A stretch of 64,000 nucleotides of DNA from Haliotis cracherodii (taxonomy: Eukaryota). Under the pieces are notes generated by a model that made no database searches, was not told the origin of the DNA, and saw only the letters and a list, made by a program, of their open reading frames with translations. Position 1 is the stretch's first letter. Each line of letters opens with the position of its first letter. Of the stretch, positions 39,345 through 52,990 are shown piece after piece. The position numbers and the translations under genes are program-made. Where the stretch lies: NCBI RefSeq assembly GCF_022045235.1, contig NW_027266275.1:74338001-74402000 (forward strand), given 5' to 3'.

Positions 39345-39845
39345 TTCATTGTCAACTTTCCCTTTATGTCAAGCAATATTCCAGCAGCTCCCGCCTTTCA
39401 TGTCTACACTACAAACCTTTGTGGTACATTCGAGCATGCTCTTTCTACGAATGTTACAAAGAGCATCATTCGACTCTTGTTCAAAAGTCGTTTAACGGAC
39501 AGCATTCACGGACTTGGTATAACTTTCTAATTTACTAAAAATAAGGTTTATTGTACGCATGTGTAGGACATTTGGAAAATTGACGCATTAGTTGCAAAAA
39601 AAACATATCCTATGCAATACCCTAGCTGATTTGTACAACATATTTCCGTATTTGTTCTTCTAAACACTTGTCTTGCCTTTCTATGTGTTTGTGATGAGTC
39701 GTTTGGCAGGATACGCTCACACCTGGTGTTATCACCATTTATTGGTGATGTATAAGCACATGTTTATGATGTAGTCGGAGTCATACAATCGTACATCTCG
39801 GCTTTGAGCAGATTTCATAGAATTATTAAAATGGTTTTGTCGCTC
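39345..39845 (+). mobile_element. Penelope-like retroelement remnant (RT C-terminal region plus 3' segment)
   Basis: Translates as FIVNFPFMSSNIPAAPAFHVY, then (after a frameshift) WYIRACSFYECY, matching the IVNFPFLxSNIPxxPAYGVYxSQLIRYxRAC motif of mollusc PLE-type RTs. 39705-39845 is homologous to 24575-24735 in inverted orientation. Confidence 0.7.
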
Positions 39846-40110
39846 TGAAAGTGCATAATGTGTTTGTTGGTTCATATCAGTTGCTGTTCCATGTTGTCAG
39901 ACGGGTCAGTATCTCATGAGATGATGTTATTGAAGGGAAATACCTTATATTATGCCGTAACGGATGTGCTATCTGATATAGTGCCACGGTCTTATAGTAG
40001 GGGTAATATCCGATATAACGCAACAATGCTGTTGAGGCACTACCTTCTACAATAGCAGGCTAGACGTGTGCTATAGTACTACTAAGTACGATTATACCTC
40101 TTCTCCTGGA

Positions 40111-40459
40111 GACCGCCTCCATGGTCTTGTGGTAGAGCGTCCGCCCGGAGAGCGTGAGGTCCGGGGTTCGACCCCGGTCGCGTCATACCAAAAGACATTA
40201 AAGATGGTACATGTTGTTACCTTCTCCGGAGCTCGGCATTAAGGGGCTTAAACAAGGACTGGTCGGCTCGGAGTCAGTATACTGTGTCTGAGTGTGGTAT
40301 TCATGTTAAACTGCGGCATGGTATCTCAGGGAGCTAGCACTATAAATCGGCATCAGTCAGGAATAGTACAAGCAGCCACACACACGTGCATGCACGTGGA
40401 TATATAAGTGCAATAACCTTGGACGCGACGTTAAACCAAATTTCACTTCAGCTCACACG
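40111..40459 (+). mobile_element. tRNA-derived SINE family A (Meta/MESC-domain-like), full length
   Basis: A box TGGTCTTGTGG and B box GGTTCGACCCC, central gtcataccaaaagacattaaagatggtac...ctcggcattaaggg, tail gacgttaaacc plus (tcacc)-like repeat. 11-bp TSD ttctcctggag at 40101-40111 and 40460-40470. Confidence 0.85.
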
Positions 40460-41982
40460 TTCTCCTGGAGCGGCTGAGGCAAGGACGTGAGAGTAGCCGT
40501 GTCATGCCAAGTTGACCCTGTAATATTCAGTTGGGAGAGAAGATGGAGCTTCATGGTGCTCCTGCATGAAAATAAAGGCCAAATTGACGTCACATATGCA
40601 CATGTCCGTGTCGGACGCGCTTTGAAAACTGATCACCGAACGCATTATTCATATATATGGGCATAATCAGAAATATTTAAAGATTGTGCCAACAATTCCT
40701 CCACCACTTCCAGGACACTGGACAGGGTTCGAAGAGTCCACGCCAAGCGGACGTCTTCTGTTTATTAAAGGACAATCCAGTTTCTCACTTAAATGTTAGC
40801 ACTATGTCTAAATTAATCAACGATCTGGAGACTTCTCTATGCTTGAGTACAAAGAGAAGATACGTTTAGAGAACGTCCTGTGGAGGTAATCACAAGGCGC
40901 GGATCGAGCTTGTTTCCTCTTAAATGATCTCTTATCTTGTCAACTCTTAATCCAGTAAGGCCGGGGAATAGACTCATCCGTGCAATTTGTCATAATCTAA
41001 TTCCCATCAGTACTGGACAGATATAGCGCTGCTGCGCATCGAGGTGTCTGATAGAGGGCGTCCCTGACAACTATGTCCATTCTGATTACCGACTGTGCTT
41101 GACTCTACTGCCTAAATGCAGATTGGGGCGGCCTTTATAAAAATATAAGTAGAACTCAGTTCATAAAACTGTTTCCAATTAGCCGTTCCCTTCCTATATG
41201 TGTGACAACGTTCTGCGCTGACTCCCCGGCTGCTGACACTGATGGACGACCATGTGCTGGGATGGAATACACGCACACAGTGTTTATCATGCTCATTTGA
41301 CATAATCGTGAAATGTAGAAATTCTGGCACGAAAGCCTTGACTCGTTCGAAGTGTTAAATTTAAAAAATGGTAATAAATCGAACAGATTCAAGATTTCTG
41401 GTGCAGCCATGAGTGTAAGGTTGCTTATCCAGTACCCCTGTACGTATGCAAATCAGTAGATAATATATTGTAAAAAATTTGTACCGATGTCCTACGATAA
41501 GTGAAAATTTGATTTTACTGTGTTTTAAAAGGTGTTTCGTTTATATCATGGCTTGTCAGATGAACTTTGGAAGAATGCCCAAATTGATTCAGACCCTTAG
41601 ATCTCTATTTTAAAGGGCCTTGTCATATAAGGTCCAATTCGCTATGCAGAGTTGCGTCCCTTTGGTGTCGCAAAATCCCTTGCATCTGCGTTCGAATCCA
41701 ATATTTGCTCTTTTTTTATTCTTGGTTTGTTTGCACCTTCCAGTGACCGTGGGTTTCACCTACGTTGTGAACGTGGAAGACCTGCATCACTTCGGGTCTT
41801 CTTGCTACAATAAGCTGACACGCCGTAATATAACTGAAATTCGGTTTTAAAGCGACGCTAATCAAAAGCTGATATATTGAGGCACATCTGTAGATATGTC
41901 GTTATTCAATAACAATGAACGCATCTAAATGCAAATAAACCAAACACAACTGATACGCTGTTTGTTTAGTACTTTTCATCAT

Positions 41983-42260
41983 GACCCGGGAAGATCCTGG
42001 GTGAAATAGGTCTTCAACAACCCATGCTTGCCGTAAAAGGCGTAGAGGTGACTAACGGGATCGACTGGTAAGGCTCGCTGACTTGGTTGATGGATGTCAT
42101 CGTATCCCAATTAAGTGGATCGATGCTCATGATGTCAATCACTGGACTATCTGATCCAGACTCGATTATTTACAAACTGTCGTCATATAGATGGAATATT
42201 GTTGAGTGCGGCCTAAAACAAACAAACAATCAAACAAAAAACAACAACAAACAAACAAAA
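41983..42260 (+). mobile_element. SINE-like family C copy
   Basis: gacccgggaagatcctgggtgaaataggtcttcaacaacccatgcttg... followed by an (aaac)n tail. Confidence 0.8.
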
Positions 42261-45200
42261 CTGATCTACATATTTGGTTATTTAGTGATACTGTCCGTAT
42301 GTAGCGCGTGTAGGTACAGTAGGTATATGTAATGTTTTCATTAGCGATGCACAATTCTAATGATTTAGTTGTGATGTACGCGCAGCGCTGTTTACGTGTA
42401 GACGTAGTTAATGATCCGTTGGGATTCGGTATCGGTGTACAGATCGTTTGACGGACCCTCAAGGCGTAATACTATTGACAATGATTGAGAGATGATGCGT
42501 TTGATGGGCAAGCAACACATCACTTCCCATCCTACGACTGCCACTGTACCATATCTCTTTCAATACAATTCGTCACGGCAAAAACCATTAGTCGTTGACG
42601 AGTTTTGCACAATCAGGAACTTTTTTAATCAAAGACAAACTGAGGAATAACGACAACAAATTGGAGGCACTTTGTCAACGATATTAAAGTGAGGGTTTAA
42701 AGCGCCGGTTTGCTATTCCAATCCCGTATGATAAATATTGAAAGGTCTCAGGGTTTCCTTGGCTCGCACAAGCCAATCATGTGTACTTGTGGTAGCCGAT
42801 CGATGGCCAACTTGGACGATAAACTGAGAGCAAGGGAGGCTTAAGTCTAAGTGAACAAATGACTGGCCAAATGTAATGATGCGTTGGGGGTCACAATTAC
42901 TGATCCCCATACCGTGATTACTTCCACTCCCGAGAATTATGGCACGGCAATTTATTTTCAATGCGAGACTGTTTGTGACAAAGACGGACGTGGTTGGGAT
43001 GCTGCCTGTCGCAAGCAGAAGTAGCTATGATCAAGCCGTGCACTGTATTTACAGGAGGAAATGCATACTGCTGCCCATCATTCATCTCCCCGATGCCTGT
43101 GCAGGTAGACCATCAGACTAGAAGACGCGCAGTGTCAGAGGTGTTCCAGCCAGGCAATAGTTAACTTCAAGTTTAAATCACTGTGTCTCAAACAGCGTAC
43201 TGTACCAACGCATATTGGATGCAGTTGATTAAAACCGTCTCTGCTTCCAGTCAGAATTGCCCACCAAATGAATACAGGGTTTGAACCTGTATATATCACG
43301 TGACTCAGGAACGGCGCTAAACAAAGCGCCTGCTTGACTTGAAGTTGAATATACGTTTCTGGAGGTTATGGTGCTAATTTAAGGAGAAACTGTTTGAAGC
43401 TGTTAATACGGTGTCTTAAGGTGGCGGTGTTGTTGGTTTGAAGTTGTTACCCTTGTTTGAAGCAGCATCATCGCCGGATGAAGATACAGAGAAGGGAAGA
43501 ATTCATTTCTTCCTGCAAGGTAATTCTGCTCTCTGGCTTCACTTGGCTGAGAGAGCAATCATGTATCGTTTTCTTAGTGGGTGATCAAGCTAGAGTTCTC
43601 CAGCAACTTGACGATTGATCGTTCACAATGCATTGAGCCAGTTATCGATCCCCGGTGTAGTTGCGATAAACATGGTTCAACATATATACTATTGGAGATG
43701 TTTTAATTTGATTAAGGTATTGGCTCATGATACCATAACGTGTATATTACCGGATTGTTTGTATCGGAGACAGATGCACCCCATTTTTTAACGTTTTCCT
43801 ACGATTAGAGGTTCTGCACATGTGTTTTTAGGATGTAGATAATTAATTATAGAGTACTGTTGAACCGTGACACTGGTAGTTTATTGTTATGGTTACATTG
43901 TAAATTGATGGCATCTATTGTTTCTGCTACCGCCATCAACCTGCCCTCGCATGTTATTTCTTTCCTTGTTTTTTTCTCCTTGTTTAACGCCACAGGTAGC
44001 CATATTTCAGTAGTTTGGCCACGAATGTATATAATCTAGTCAGACCAAACAGTGGTTTAGCAACGTGGAAGTCGTTTTGATATGACAGCGCTCAGTCAGC
44101 GAAGTCTGAATTTAGTCACCCCTCACAACGAGGCATGGAGTGTTGCGGCAAGTCCGCTTTATGTCCGGAAACAAGAGCAGAACGCATCGGGCATACAGTA
44201 GGATTTCAGTAGGCGATGTTAGTACTTTGGGAAAAATACAGATGGTATTTGATGGACATTGTGACTTATTATGACATCTGGTGTCACGGTTGAAATACTC
44301 GCTAATACAGGATATTATGTTTACTATCGACAGGCTAGTACGCTTGTAAACGACAGGATAGTATGTTTATCAATGACAGGATAGTGTGGCTTTACTAGTA
44401 TCTTCACTAACAATATGATAGTATGTTTACTAAAGACTGGATATTATTTTTACTAAGGATGGGTTAATATGTTTACATGTGCCATGTTTACATTTGTATA
44501 TGTTAAATACGGATATACATGGTATTTAAATAAACTGCTGGGCCACGAAAAGGAATACACTTGAAATTTAGATCTGACCAAGGCATCACAAACGTCATCA
44601 AAACGTTACTAGGCCGAAAACAATCGTCGAAACGTTGTAAACGTGAGGTCCAAAACACTACTCTGATAAAAAATTATAGCCGTATAAAAAAAATCATCAT
44701 CGAGTTACCATCTCTTGTTTTTTGCATGTTTAGCCATTATCATTCATCTGTGGATACTTTCGTTTTGCACTGCTGTTATATGTAGCAAGGATTTATCTGT
44801 ATGTTTACTAAGAACAGACTATTATGTTTACTAAAAACAGGTTTGTATGAGTTGCCAGACAGATTTGTATGTTTTCCGTGAACACGTCAGTATAATTCGC
44901 GACATTGACATTCCACTTTCTTGTTCTTGTGTGATATGTTTTAACTGTGAAACACAGCACAGCCTCATCATCTAGCTCGCCCACCATTTAGCAACGATAC
45001 ACGGTACATAATTGATGCAATGTTGAATAGATGTAGATGTGCCGTCATCAGTGCCGACAGACCTTAGCGCGAGGCGTCCATCTCTTGCCAGTCGAAAGAA
45101 TACCTTGTACGTTGTTGCATTTTAACAGAATCGGTGGAATGGCAAACAGCGTGTAAGTATGTGTTTTTCTTGCAGCTATCTCGGATGAGCTCTATGTGCA

Positions 45201-45529
45201 TCGATCCCTATCGGAAGCTTGTGTAGTCGCCGGCGGGAGATCGAGAAGACTCTGCTATAAACACGCTTCTGTTCGCCAGCCAACTCGCTGTGGTGACAGA
45301 CGAAGGCACTGCAACGTGCTGCAGCAGCAGAGACTGTCGTGTGTCACATCGTCTGTCAGTTCCTGGAGTGTTCAGTGCCGGGTGTGAAAATTAAGGATAC
45401 CGTATCAACCCACACGACTGTGAAACCAGTGCCACCCGCTTGATGCAAGGGGATACGTCTTTGATTGTACATATTGGCTGCCGACACAGTGCATTTGTGT
45501 TCAGGTAGCCCGGTGTGGGTCGTTCTCCT

Positions 45530-45644
45530 ATGCAATGCAGGAAGATGTTCGAAGTTTGGAAAATTCCCCGTTGTTTTGTGTCCCTGCTTCCAACAGCCCA
45601 AGCAGTGCTGCTGTTGCTGTTGCTGTCGTCGCTGTCACAATCAG
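45530..45644 (+). CDS. First coding exon (signal peptide) of a nicotinic acetylcholine receptor-like Cys-loop channel subunit
   Basis: ATG at 45530 (alternative ATG at 45545) encodes MQCRKMFEVWKIPRCFVSLLPTAQAVLLLLLLSSLSQS, a hydrophobic signal-peptide-like stretch. It ends at a strong donor G|GTATGT (45644/45645). The 115 nt leave phase 1, which matches the phase-1 acceptor at 63575 (G+TG=Val). An upstream acceptor (tttttcttgcag, ending 45175) may define the exon start. Confidence 0.7.
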
Positions 45645-46879
45645 GTATGTGTGTCGTTGTGCCCTACTTTGACCTGCTTTTTGTGTTTAAACCTTTTTTA
45701 ACATTACGTACAGTTAAATGTTTATATCATTGATGGAACACAGGGTCTTCCTGGCTGGGTAGAGAAGGCCCGTATCGATGTCTAGGATCGTATGGTCAGG
45801 GGCTTATATTACGCTTCAGTCACTAAGCGCTTCCATTTGCCGTAACAGATATACAGCAATATACCTACTGATGGGTTTACACGTACATACATCTCTAAGA
45901 ACATCTGTTGAAAACTCGAACATGACTGAACTTTGCTTTCCCTCGGTTTGGGCTATCAATATAATATCATTTACCTGAGGACACTAAAGCTTCATCAGTT
46001 TGTCTGTTATACTGTAAGATTCGGCTTGTGGAGATTTGTCATAGTCTGTCTGCCAATATCTGCCCAAATATATGCGTCATAGATTGTCTATCAATGGCGG
46101 CAAGTAGAGCTTTCTCGTAGTTTGTCCACAATTGCGTCAAGTGGTGTCCCCGTCTTTACTGCGTCATCAGTTACTGGTCCAACATATAGCCTTTAAGGAT
46201 TAAACAATTATGTATAAAGTTTCGATGTCGTTCCCATAAATTAAACATAGAAACAGGAGTAGAAAGAATATATAACATGTAATTATGGATATTTTAAAAT
46301 GAGGATCACATTTTGCTTGTTAATGATGCTAAAGGAAGCCCTGCGTCAAATTTATCTTCACAAGAAATACTATGTACATCTCACTTTACAGAAATATACT
46401 AATTTATGTCGATAACATAGACATTGTTAGGCATTTGGCAATGTCTGCATTTTATGCAATGCAATTAAGAAACAATAGCGTTAATGTGTAAATTCAAAGT
46501 CTGCTAGCTGGCTGCATTGTAGTTGAAGCTGTATGGGCTGATGGCCTCCATCCATCCTGAGTGGAGATGATGATATAACATCTTTACAATTGCTAGTCAA
46601 AGTGTCAGCACTACTCCATAAAACATACTATGTTCTCTTTTCAAAAGCACATTTCCACCTACTTTGAAAAGAATCAGATTCTCCTTTTGTAGTGTTAAAC
46701 GAATATGTGCAAGTGTGTTGGTACGTGAACTAGTCACCACGGAGTTCTTGACACATCTTTTAAGGTATAGATGATGTTTCTTGTAGTTCCATTATCTAAC
46801 ATATCCATGTCGTGTTACACTTGTCGGAGCTTTAGGAACCCTACCATCAAACACATCTACCCATTATATTCTATTGACA

Positions 46880-47242
46880 AACATTCACATACATGCTGCA
46901 TACATCAGTACGTAGATCATTCCATTATCAAATATTCACATGCATACGGCTCAAACCAAGGAGTAGATCATTCTTTTATCAAACATTCACATGCATACTG
47001 CCTAAATTAGGATGTAGATCATTCCATTATCAAACATTCACATGCATACAGCTCAAACCAAGAAGTAGATCATTCTTTTATCAAACATTCACATGCATAC
47101 TGCTCAAACCAAGGAGTAGATCATTCGTTTATCGAACAGTTACATGCATACTGCCCAAATTAGGATGTAGATCATTCCATAATCAAACATTCACATACGT
47201 GCTGCTCAAATCAAGGAGTAGATCATTCCATTATCAAACATT
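46880..47242. repeat. Minisatellite, 51-bp unit (gtagatcattccattatcaaacattcacatgcatac...)
   Basis: Period 51 (46912, 46963, 47014). Confidence 0.9.
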
Positions 47243-47734
47243 CTACCTCAGATGGAGCTATTTCATAACGATTCATAAACACCTGCTCTGAAATAGTCGG
47301 AATTACACAATGGCCTCTGCTTTTAGCAGAGATTTCATGCCATTTTAGTCGCTTGCACTCTAACGTCAAGACTTACAACATTTGTGTGTATAGTAGCCAT
47401 GGGAACATGATTACAATATTTAAGGCAGTTTGATAATTTCAGAACCCTTTTAAGGTATACTGTTGACACAGAGATTTAATGTTCAGGGACTAATTAACAT
47501 CAATGTAGGGAGATGGCACTGCATATGCACGCTGCAAATCCCCCCACATAAGTGTATTGTGATGGCGCTGTACCCAATAACACACAAGGAAGATGTTGTC
47601 GCAGGGATGGCAATGCAGTTGAACTCGGACTAAGAAGGGATGTAAGGGCTCCATCATTCCATTTGATAAAGATCATGTAGCCATTGTGTGCTTCTCCCCT
47701 CAGCAAGGGACACTTTCAGATGCACAGTGGGTGA

Positions 47735-47812
47735 GAGATAGGCTCAGACGAACGCGCGCTTTCTGCACATTAACTACTATTATCTGGAAATCAAAAAACA
47801 TCAGTCTTGGAT
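47735..47812 (+). mobile_element. RTE-clade LINE RT fragment
   Basis: RDRLRRTRAFCTLTTIIWKSKNISL resembles the RIxKARxAFxxLxxIWKSKxIS motif of RTE reverse transcriptases. Confidence 0.5.
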
Positions 47813-48299
47813 TGGATATTTTCATGATCAAAGTACATAAATGGTCTCATCTAATACTAAAACTCACGTGGCTTATTCTGCCTTCAATTTGAACGTTAAC
47901 CACGGCGGAAAATAGGCTCCGTAATCAATGGTCTCATGAAATCCGGTACATATTTTCATTTCCGACAGACAAGCTTAAGTAATAACGCCACTTCACGGGA
48001 GAAGATATGTCGGAATGGGCTTTGTCAGCGTGTGTAAAGCAGGCTGGCCATGCTACACGACAGGCCCAGATCGGTGATTCTCATCACACCAACATTCAAT
48101 TCACCGGTCATGTCATAAAGTATTTCTTATCTGTATGGCTAAAGGGAAATTACTTCTAGAAAGACCATTTCCAAGCAGTTAGGGTAGCGGTTTATAACGA
48201 GACTCTCGGTAGTTGGTTTGGGGTTTTGTCGATCCACTTAACCGTCTCGGGACTCCTGAAGATGGGACCAGGCTAAATGGCTTCTTTATATCATCGGTC

Positions 48300-48866
48300 A
48301 TATGCTTTGTATGTGTGTCTGGTGAGTACCGGACAATCATGTATGGTGTATTGATGGTATATGTTCGTCAGCCATGTGTTGTGTATATGTACTTGTCAAT
48401 CATGTATTGTGTATGAATGGGAGGTGTTAGTCAATCATATATGTGTATGTGTGCTAGTCTATCATGTATGCTGTATATATGTGCTTGTCAATCATGTTTG
48501 CTGTATCGGTGGAATATGTCAGGCGATCATGTAAGGTGTATCTGTGCTAGTCAATCATATATGCTGTATGGATGGTATATTTTAGTCAATAATGTATGGT
48601 ATATGTTAGTCAATCATGTATATGTGCAATTCCAGCAAGTATGGTGTGTTGTACTCGTCAAAGATGTATGTGTATGGATGGTATATGATAGCCAAGCAAA
48701 TAATTTGCATATATGTAGTCAAACATGTGAGGTGATGTAAAATATGATACAACGTCGCATTTAAGATAATTGCACTTATAGATATATGTAGTCAAACATG
48801 TCAGGTGATGTAAAATGTGATTCAACGTCGCATTTAAGATAATGGCACCTATAGATGCATATGCAC

Positions 48867-48897
<31 letters not shown>

Positions 48898-49690
48898 CTG
48901 CTTAAACTATTCGGGACCGATACCGTTTTTTTAGCGCTAGCCCAATAATATACCTGTGCAGCAGTTAAACATGAAAACTCAACTCAGCCACAGTATACTG
49001 ACTTCAAGCCAACCAGTCCTGACTGTATCCCATTACACTTAGCGCCAGGCAAAGCAACAGCAAGTACCATTTTTTGTATGGCCAGGGCCTCGAACCAACG
49101 AGCTTCCTCTCTCCGGGCAGAAGTCAATCATGTATCTGTGTGGATGGTATAAACCAGTCGTTCATGTATGTGAATGGATGATATATACTAGTCAAACATC
49201 TATGTGTGGATGATATATACTAGTCAAACATGGATGTGTGGATGGTATATACTAGTCAAACATGTATGTGCATGGATGATGTATACCAGTCAAACATGTA
49301 TGTGTGGATGATATATACTAGTCAAACATGTATGTGTGGATGGTATATACTAGTCAAACATGTATGTGCATGGATGATAAATACTAGTCAAACATGTATG
49401 TGTGGATGATATATACTAGTCAAACATGTATGTGCATGGATGGTATATACTAGTCAAACATGTATGTGCATGGATGATATATACTAGTCAAACATGTATG
49501 AGTGGATGATATATACTAGTCAAACATGTATGTGTGGATGGTATATACTAGTCAATCATGTATGTGTAGGGATGGTATGTGCAAATCAATCATTTATTAT
49601 GTACAGAGTCTAGTCAATCGTGTATGTGTTTGAATGGTTCATGTCAGTCGTAGATATTCTGGTATATTGTAGTCAATCATGTATGCTAAA
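48300..49690. repeat. 32-34-bp minisatellite (tagtcaaacatgtatgtgtggatgatatatac), degenerate left half, interrupted by a SINE
   Basis: Homogeneous at 49180-49560 and degenerate at 48300-48720. Confidence 0.85.
48731..49120 (-). mobile_element. Diverged SINE family A copy inserted in a minisatellite; tail duplicated
   Basis: aacgtcgcatttaagataat occurs twice, followed by cagtatactgact...ccagtcct...gcgccagg...aagtaccat. Confidence 0.7.
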
Positions 49691-50449
49691 TTGCAGGAAC
49701 ATGCACTTTTTGTGCCATGGTAAAATGGGGATAAACCAACTTTATGTTGAGTATTGAGGTTTCGAAATTCGATTCCTTATCTGTCAACTTTTCAAACTCG
49801 AAACCTCAAGAAATCGCGTTCGGTTTCGAATGAAATTTACAAATATCGAATCTACGTTTGCAACCTCTACATTGAAAACACAGCAGGTTTATCCACGAAT
49901 TAAAAGCCAGGATAGCTCCTGGACTATTCACTACGCATGAATACGTTTTTTGATAATTATCGTTTTTTCTCAATCCCAAATTTGAAAAACGTGCCATGCG
50001 AATTGGCGAAATTGATACCACGTTAATTAAATTTTACGTATCATCAAAATTTATCAGAATAACTTCGATTTAATTTTTTTTTGTCCTACAATCCGCTAAC
50101 GGTCGGCTTCAATTGTCTTAAGCTCGGACCCGTCGACGTCACAACAGAGACGGAATCCAGCTTACTTGAACCGGATGCGACGTGAAACAAACGAGTCGAG
50201 CCTTTATAATACCGGCCTGTTCTAGCTTGCGCAAGTTGCCGACGCGCATAGAGAGCTGAGAACCAGCATACATGTTGTATAACATTTCTGAACATAGTTG
50301 GATGCCATTCGTTTACTGCGTAGATAGGGTTGTCTGTATTCATTTGACCAATGTGTCTGGGTCATTTGTTTGATATTATATGAGTGTAGTGTATGCTTGC
50401 AATCATATCGCGCAACATGTGTGAGATAGCCTGTTTTTATTAGAGTGTC

Positions 50450-51767
50450 AGAGACATGGCGAAAACATCTGAGCCTAACTACGAAGGATGTAAAGTGCCC
50501 CCTAACGGTTTGCATGTATCAAATACAATATTTGCCATGCTTACAGGCTGCATTGGGACCAAATACACAACCAGGCAGCATATTTCTGGAGGCATCAAAG
50601 TGACAAGGTAATCTCTCATGATACAAATTGACAAGATTGACTACCGCGCTGTCACCAAGTGTCTCCAACAGCTATGCATGCGAGCACGGTGTCACTTTAG
50701 CGGATGATGCCCCTACTTTGCCACTGTTAAGATGTAGGCAGCGGATGTCAAGTGGGGAAGAGAGAGCCTCGAAGATGACCCAAAGTCAGGAAGATCATTA
50801 ACTGCTACCACTAAGGAAAATGTTAATAAGGTACAGGGTTTGATTGTGGATGATAAACGAATCACCTCGCGTCACATAGCCGATGCAGTAGGCATCTCGC
50901 ATGAGAACGATGAGTGGGTATGGTTTTACGCCGCTTGTAGCAATATTCCAGCAATACCACGGCCGAGAACACCAGAAATGGACACATTGTACCCATGTCG
51001 GGAATCGAACCCGGGTCTTCGGCGTGACGAGCGAACGCTTAAACACTAGGCAACCCGACCGTCCCCATGAGAACGATGAGAGTATTCTTTGGAATGAACT
51101 GGGAATGACAAAGATTCTAGCACGCTGGGTTCCAAGGATTTTGACTCTAGGATCTGCATCTCTTGTGAACTTTAAGTTAAATTGAAGCAGAACCAGCTGC
51201 TTTTGTTGAGCGATATGTAAAAATGGTTCATCGTTATCAGCCAGAGACGAAACAACTGTCAAAGTTCGCAAGGTGATGGCTTTTCTGGGATCCCTAAGGA
51301 ATCTTTCTGGTGGACTTCCTCCCGAATGACCATTAATGGACAATATTATGCTTATCTGCTCAGGAAACTGCGTGAGAATATCAAGGCTTAACTCAGTAAG
51401 GCATGTTGTTCCACCGGACAATGCACTTGTACACATGTCGGTTATGGCCGTGGCTTAGTCCATGACTGTTGCTTTGAACTCATTAAACATCTTCAGTATT
51501 CACCAGATTGGCACCGTCAGATTTCCACTTCATCCCAGAATCGAAGAAAGAATTTTTATTATGCAAATGATGATGGCGTCACTACAGCTGTGGGGGACTT
51601 TTAACACCATCAGAAGAATTCCTTCTACACAAGTGGGATCCAGATACTCCAGCATCGTTGTAAGTGTGTGGATCTCGGAAGGTTTTTTATTAAAAAATAA
51701 TGAGCAACCAACTTCATCAACGCAGTTCTTCATAGTTAGACTCAGAACTTTTCAGACACTCCTGGTA
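50450..51767 (+). mobile_element. Decayed mariner (Tc1/mariner) DNA transposon
   Basis: Fragments DKIDYRAV, GRESLEDDPKSGR, DDKRITSRHIADAVGISHE, ELGMTKILARWVPRILT, DNALVH and KHLQYSPD(L)APSDFH match the mariner WVPxxL and YSPDLAP motifs. The 3' TIR tagttagactcagaacttttcagacactcctgg-TA matches a decayed 5' TIR gaaaacatctgagcctaactacgaag (~50461-50487). Confidence 0.88.
50915..51065 (-). mobile_element. SINE family B copy nested inside the mariner transposase
   Basis: 15-bp TSD catgagaacgatgag at 50900-50914 and 51066-51080; removing the insertion restores GISHE...SILWNELG collinearity. Confidence 0.9.
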
Positions 51768-52862
51768 CATATAGAGGTTATCAGGCGAGTCTGTTTGGGG
51801 ATGGCAAACAACCCGTATTAGGAATAAACATTGTATTTAGCCAGCCCCCAACACAAACGCGTGATAACCTCTTTATCATATAATGTCATTCTACGATGCT
51901 GTGCTCGAAAATCTCTTTCCATCTCTTACAAACATTACCTTAACATTGCAATCTTTCCTGAACGTGCGTTTTAATATAAATAATCGTCAGAGGGTAAATA
52001 ATGTGTCAGTCGGACAGTGACAGAAGCCAATATAGTTCCAACAGAAACCTGTTTCTTATACAGTGGCGTAACTACATATATGCAAAACAACAATTGCCTA
52101 AACAAATAGTTTGTTCTTGCCTTCCGCGGCAATCCATCGGTCTGCCTGATAGAGTAACTGCCCTTTATCAAATGGAAGCTACACTAACCCTAGTCTACGT
52201 TAGGGCGTTGTTGAGAGTCCTGTCTTGTTATAACGTCACGGAGTGCAGTCGGGTGTACACACAGCGACAAAACGAAACAAAGTAACAATTCGAACATATT
52301 TTGGCCAAATACAACTGTTTTGAATTGTGGGAAAGGTTCCAATCCGCAGAGGTCCACAAGCACAGATATGGAAAGTGATTCCGGTTGGCTGGTGCCCTCG
52401 CTAAATTGTTTCCCAATTTATATCTCCATGATTGCCTAACTTGTAAAATGCATCAGCTACGTCACAGTTAGACACTGATTTTCTGTATATTAGACTGTTC
52501 TTTAAATAATGATAGCAATTATCCCAGTAGTTTCTCCAGATTCCCGATGGTTAATTCTGACTCGATCGCCGAATGACAGGGGCGACGCCATTTGTTTATA
52601 AACAGCGAAAGTAGTCCCTACTTGATCTTTGATATTTGCATCACTATCCGCATATGACGCCAACGGATATTGTATTTATCCGTTGGCTTTATCCTGCCGA
52701 GAAACCCACCCGTTATATGACAAACTTATGCATTTGTTTGTATATCAGTCGTTTGTTTACTGATGTGTCATTCCGATGCTGGTGTGACAGGGTGTCACAT
52801 CCTTACTGGTGTCACATATTTACGAGTGTCATGTGTGAGAGAGAGAATTTATTGATGTCAAT

Positions 52863-52990
52863 TTCCTTATACGAGGAACACAACGTTTCGAATATTAAGC
52901 TTAATCCTTCATCAGGTGGTGATAGTAAGTGTATCAGGCGATGAAGTGGTACGGATATACTCCGAAACGTTGTGTTCCTCATATTAAGAA
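52863..52990. mobile_element. Palindromic PLE-like remnant with divergent hammerhead-like motifs
   Basis: gaggaacacaacgtttcg (52873-52890) and cgaaacgttgtgttcctc (52963-52980) are exact inverted repeats. The - strand reads CTGATGA-aggattaagcttaatattc-GAAAC and the + strand has a degenerate cgatgaag...ccGAAAC. Confidence 0.55.

Noticed and set aside
44570-44660. Possible hammerhead remnant (ctgaccaagg...gtcgaaacgttg)
   Set aside because: Core incomplete and no convincing stems. Isolated CTGATGA hits at 10184, 34130, 45046(-), 45994(-) and 57785 likewise lack a paired stem II with GAAA.
49755-49809. 12-bp inverted repeat ttgaggtttcga/tcgaaacctcaa
   Set aside because: Too short to call an element without other copies or TSDs.
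50798-51436. 212-aa - strand ORF
   Set aside because: Antisense to the decayed mariner and spans a SINE insertion.
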